Shown here: positions 52,911-64,000 of the stretch, one piece after another
Layout of the letters: every line of letters starts with the position of its first letter
Numbering within the stretch: position 1 is the first letter of the stretch
NCBI GenBank assembly: GCA_964016885.1
Contig: OZ024741.1
Location: forward strand, 218,364,001-218,428,000
Direction of reading: 5' to 3'
DNA: 64,000 bases
Source: Eledone cirrhosa
Taxonomy: Eukaryota
The notes under the pieces: model-generated
Database searches by the model: none
The model's input: only the letters and a program-made list of their open reading frames with translations
What the model was told of the DNA's origin: nothing
Translations under genes and position numbers: made by a program

Positions 52911-53120
52911 AAATGTAATCTGAGTTTTTCGAATATTAATAATAACATTCGATTCGTTTGCAATTATGCAAACAAGCCTCATTTTTAAAGCCATGTCAGT
53001 AGAATGAGCCCCTCATTCTTGCTCTTGTGTTGGCATGTAAACAGAACTGCAAACACTAAAGTTTCTGGGCATCACACTTCATCAGCAGAGCTCTCTGTTC
53101 ACCTGCCAACTGTCAGAGCT
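52911..53120 (-). mobile_element. pLTR-like repeat with degenerate hammerhead; inverted partner of 54425-54634
   Basis: Reverse complement aligns over ~210 bp with scattered substitutions. Minus strand CTGATGAAG..TGATGCCCAGAAAC. Confidence 0.65.
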
Positions 53121-53149
53121 TTATTATATGTGTATTTGTTTTAATGAAA

Positions 53150-53521
53150 TTATTGTTTCTACTTTAGGCACAAGGCGAACAATTTTAGTGGGAGGGGAAA
53201 GTCAATTAAATCGACCCCAGTGCGTGACTGGTACTTTATTTTATCGACCTCGTAAAGATGAAAGGCAAAGGATGAAATAATAATTGTTTCTACTTTTGGC
53301 ACAAGGCCAGCAATTATCCCACTATATTACTGGTACTTTATTTTATCGACCCCGTAAGGATGAAAGGCAAAGTAAACCTCGGCGGGATTTGAACTCAGAC
53401 CATAAAGGGACGTAACTGTGCTGCAAAGCATGGCGTCCGACCCTCTACCGATACTGCCAATACACCGCCCTTGGTGGATTGGCAGTATCGGTAGAGGGTC
53501 GGATGCCATGCTTTGCAGCAC
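53150..53521 (-). mobile_element. Cluster of octopus-type SINE copies (53150-53272 minus, 53281-53468 minus, 53473-53521 plus head fragment)
   Basis: Homology to 41699-41912. Confidence 0.8.
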
Positions 53522-53679
53522 ATTTAGGATGAAATAATAATAATAAATAAATAGCAGCCTATCAGCTGTATTGCAGATTAGCTTTATAACTGGTGGAAAT
53601 GATATCCCCTCCATCTCACCTGTAGCCTGCTGTGCCTCACCTCACCACGTAAATGCCCCTTTGAGGCCCCTACTTTTAT

Positions 53680-54210
53680 ATACACTCGTGTGTAGTTAAA
53701 TAGACTCGTCTGTTATTAATATACACTAGTGTGTAGTTAAATAGACTCGCCTGTAGTTAATATATACTAGTGTGTAGTTAAATAGACTCGTCCGTAGTTA
53801 AATAGACTCATCTTTAATTAATATACACTAGTGTGTAGTTAAATAGTGTGTGTGACAGCTCACACCTATGCAGGTTTAGTTGGCCTCCTCAAAGGTATAT
53901 CTCGTTGGAGGTGTCTTGGGTATTTAATGATAGGGACCCCAGTCCTATTATCTCATTTCTACAGCTGAGTAAACTGGAGCAACGGGAAATAAAGTGTCTT
54001 GCTCAAGGAAACAACACATCACCCGGTCCGAGAATTGAACTCACAACCTTTCGATTGCAAGCCCAATGCTCTAACCACTAAGCCATGCGTCTGTGGTTAG
54101 AGCAGTTTGTAGTTAAATAGACTCGTCCGTAGTTAGTATACACTAGTGTGTAGGTATAAACTCCAGTGTGTAGTTTAAATAGACGCCTGTAACTATTCTA
54201 CACTAGTCTA
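53680..54210. repeat. ~21-bp minisatellite (tgtagttaaatagactcg) interrupted by a SINE
   Basis: Direct reading at 53680-53846 and 54108-54210. Confidence 0.75.
53950..54091 (-). mobile_element. tRNA-derived SINE 5' half, related to 52209-52345
   Basis: Minus strand gcatggcttagtggttagag ... gagttcaattc ... ccttgagcaagacactttatttc ... tactcagctg. Confidence 0.75.
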
Positions 54211-54424
54211 CGTAAAAATATTACAAATTAATCGAGTAACGCATCTGTGTATATGTGAGTGTATATGTGTGTATCTCTGTACGTATATATATATATATTG
54301 CAAAATTTACAAATCTGGCTGATCAGTGGATCTGCTAATATGCAGATCTGACTGATCAGCCAGTCTACTAATATGCAAATCAAGCCGATCAGTCACTATA
54401 TTTTAGAAAATATATATTTTCACG

Positions 54425-54634
54425 AGCTCTGACAGTTGGCAGGTGAACAGTGAAATGCACTGATGAAGAGTGATGCCCAGAAACATTAGTGTCTGAAGTT
54501 CTGTTTACATATCACCACAACAGCAAGAATGAGGGGTTCATTCTACTGAGATGGCTTTAAAATAGAGGCTTGCTTGCATACTTGTAAACGAATCGAATAT
54601 TATTATTAATATTCGAAAAACTCAGACTACATTT
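54425..54634 (+). mobile_element. pLTR-like repeat with degenerate hammerhead, ending at (TA)n
   Basis: tgca-CTGATGA-AGAGTGATGCCCA-GAAA-CA(TTAG)TG-TC-tg at ~54456-54495. Confidence 0.65.
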
Positions 54635-54636
54635 AT

Positions 54637-54703
<67 letters not shown>

Positions 54704-54992
54704 TTATATATATATATATATATATATGTGTACATATATATTACATATATATATGTAATATATATGTATAGATACATATGTGTATATATATGTGTGTGTG
54801 TGTGTGTGTGGCTAAGTAATCTTGTTAGTTTACTAGCAGTAGATATTAGTTCTTGCCTTCTGGTAGTGTATTCTATATAAAATGGAAGAGCTACCCTCCA
54901 AGGTAAACGGTTTATCGCGTTATTTCGCGAGATTTCTCTGATGAGCAGATTTTATATCTCATAACTGTTTTCGCTATACATTTAGCCTAACG

Positions 54993-55046
<54 letters not shown>

Positions 55047-55916
55047 GGGAATCAGTAAAATCGAATCTCTGGCGGTTTGCAAGTAAATTCGGCCTACTTA
55101 TATAAAATGATGAGTTAGCAAAGCACTCGATAAGATAGGTCTCAGAGTTATAACATACGTTTAAATAGCTTGACAAATCGAACATTGTGGTAGGCGAAAC
55201 TAACACACAATATATACCAAAGGAACGATAGAACTAATCAGGTTGAAAAAAATACACCTGGACAAATCAAACGGGCATACGTTTAAAGTGTTTCTCTGAA
55301 TCCGAAATAAAATATCAGACTTACTTGAATGGCAAGATCGTGGTATTGGTGACTGAACAGAGGACTCAGTTTATCAACAGGTTTTCGTTCTACTTAGAAC
55401 CAGGAGTGATAAAATATGTTGCCGCTCGTATGGCTGCTAATCGAATCTATAGTTATCACGTGTTAATTCCGGCAAGGGAAATAACCCCCGGTTTTTGGCG
55501 GGTCAATTCAAATGCTAGCGAATGGAAATATTTTAATTTCCGCTAATCATCATGATAAGCTCTCGACTAGATGTTATAAAACTAACACAAATAATTAACC
55601 AATCAACAGAATTTTCCAATTAAATTACTTGGTTAATTATTAAATCTAGGAGATTAATATAATTGGGAATCAGTAAAATCGAATTATTTGTTTTGCGAGG
55701 TTTTTGATATGAAATCGTGTGCCGAAACAAATATTGTTATACTTGTAGAGGGTCATATTGTTGTAATAATATTGCCAGAATTAATAAGAGAACACACTCA
55801 CAGTTTGGTTTGTTTTCGCTTCTGCAACTTTTATATCATCAGTTAATTCATTCGGTCCTCAATGTTTACCATTGACTGACCAACGGTCAAAAATACAGAT
55901 ATAATATAGATATAAA

Positions 55917-56124
55917 CACATATATATAGTCTAACAAAGTTCTTTCGTTGCACATCTGCAACATCGTCAGAGGTGCTATTATGTTCCTCCTGTTGTATTG
56001 TATATCTACGCCATCTTTCCAGAAAAGATGGCGTAGATATACAATACAACAGGAGGAACATAATAGCACACTGACGATGTTGCAGATGTGCAACGAAAGA
56101 ACTTTGTTAGACTATATATATGTG
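55917..56124. repeat. ~208-bp near-perfect palindrome with a hammerhead-like core in each arm
   Basis: Arms are reverse-complementary about 56021 with about 2-3 differences. CTGACGA-T-GTTGCA(GATG)TGCAAC-GAAA at 56071-56098. Confidence 0.8.
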
Positions 56125-56167
56125 CCCCAGCATGGCCTCAGCCGGATGGCTGAAACAGGTAAAAGAG

Positions 56168-56198
<31 letters not shown>

Positions 56199-56209
56199 TA
56201 CATGCATAC

Positions 56210-62862
<6,653 letters not shown>

Positions 62863-62864
<2 letters not shown>

Positions 62865-63277
62865 GTGGGAAAGTGAAAAATCGGAGAATAGACCGTTAAA
62901 ACATGTTTATTTAAAATATCACCTACGTACGTTTCGCCCAGTTGGGCTTCTCAAGGGCATAGACAATCACAAGTGTTCCTTATATAGTTCCGAACTATAT
63001 AAGGAACACTTGTGATTGTTTATGCCCTTGAGAAGCCCAACTGGGCGAAACGTACGTAGGTGATATTTTAAATAAACATGTTTTAACGGTCTATTCTCCG
63101 ATTTTTCACTTTCCCACGTGCTTACGCTCTGCTAACTCTCTAGCCCACTAAATATTAACACTTTGAATATTTAATACTGCCGGCACTAGTATCGAGCACC
63201 TTTGGCATACGCTACTTGGCAAATAACTATATGTATCACCTATCCCTCTTTTTTTTCTCTCTTTCTCGATACGTAAA

Positions 63278-63280
<3 letters not shown>
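62863..63280 (+). mobile_element. Solo pLTR-like unit with 257-bp palindrome (62863-63119) plus unique tail, inside (TA)n
   Basis: 128-bp arms about centre 62991, one mismatch. (TA)n on both sides. Confidence 0.8.
63024..63061 (+). ncRNA. Variant-core hammerhead-like motif (mirror on minus strand at 62921-62958)
   Basis: GCC-CTTGAGA-A-GCCC(AACT)GGGC-GAAA-CGTACG-TA-GGT. All three stems and a GUA triplet are present; the first core box is non-canonical. Confidence 0.55.
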
Positions 63281-63344
<64 letters not shown>

Positions 63345-64000
63345 CATATATATACATATATATATATATATACATATATTGTATTTTATTGAACCATTTA
63401 ATTGCCTCGTTAGTGTTGCCCCATAAATTGATTTCTAGTTTACCCTTTATTTGTGCGATTACCCTATCTAGAATGTTCTTGCTAATTTTACCTATGTCTG
63501 ACTTGGATGGGCATATTAATCTAATGGTGGGATTAGTTTCAAAGTTATTGTTCTAATTGAATGCCATTACTACTTCATATAGTATTTATCCAACATTTCG
63601 GCAGCATGCAGAATCCGACTAAATATACCATCAACCACACACAATTAGTAGTAAAATTAAACACAAAGAAACGAACGAGAAAGAAATTCAGTGGCGGAAA
63701 GAGGTGATAGGAGGAGACAAAGGGAAGGAGAAAACACAGAGGAAAAGGAAAGAGGTACATCTTCCTTTATAAGTAGGGGTTTACCCTATCTTATTCGGCA
63801 AGTGGGGTGTTTCGGCCCTAATCTACCCACCCGGATCGTTAGGGGTCTAAGGGCGAGATAAGTCTTCCGCAATCTGTGTTTGCATGCAGTTACCAGTTCG
63901 TCTTTTTTGTTTAGGAGTTGATCCTTCGTAAACAGCATTTGTAATGTTTCCTCCGAGCATAAGTTACACTCTACTAGCCTAAGTATTGAATACTCTGGTG

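Noticed and set aside
55040-55684. 26-bp direct repeat (ataattgggaatcagtaaaatcgaat) about 618 bp apart
   Set aside because: The repeat is real, but I found no ORF, ribozyme motif or terminal structure between the copies to support an element call.

Overview
This is a repeat-saturated metazoan window. The SINE families and microsatellite load suggest an octopod or other coleoid cephalopod, which is inference. I can support no host protein-coding gene, and most ORF-track entries are translations of simple repeats. Mobile elements: (i) a 5'-truncated Penelope-like element (PLE; RT + GIY-YIG) plus about nine short PLE-terminus (pLTR) or retrozyme-like units with type I hammerhead ribozyme motifs. 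Four of these are long, near-perfect palindromes beside (TA)n, and one is a 529-nt unit with a hammerhead motif in each of two direct repeats. (ii) Two long R4/Dong-type RLE non-LTR retrotransposons in tandem in (CATA)n, one intact except for a single extra T. (iii) Duplicated Tx1/L1-type 3' fragments in (TATC)n. (iv) RTE, CR1 and CRE LINE fragments, tRNA-derived SINEs and Helitron-like relics. Tandem repeats: a 96-bp minisatellite (about 30 units) and a 15.6-kb 42-bp satellite (about 372 units) with block duplications. The most interesting signals are the palindromic and tandem hammerhead cassettes, and the apparent partitioning of retroelement classes among microsatellite types. Folds and coordinates were worked out by eye, so edges may be off by a few bases.
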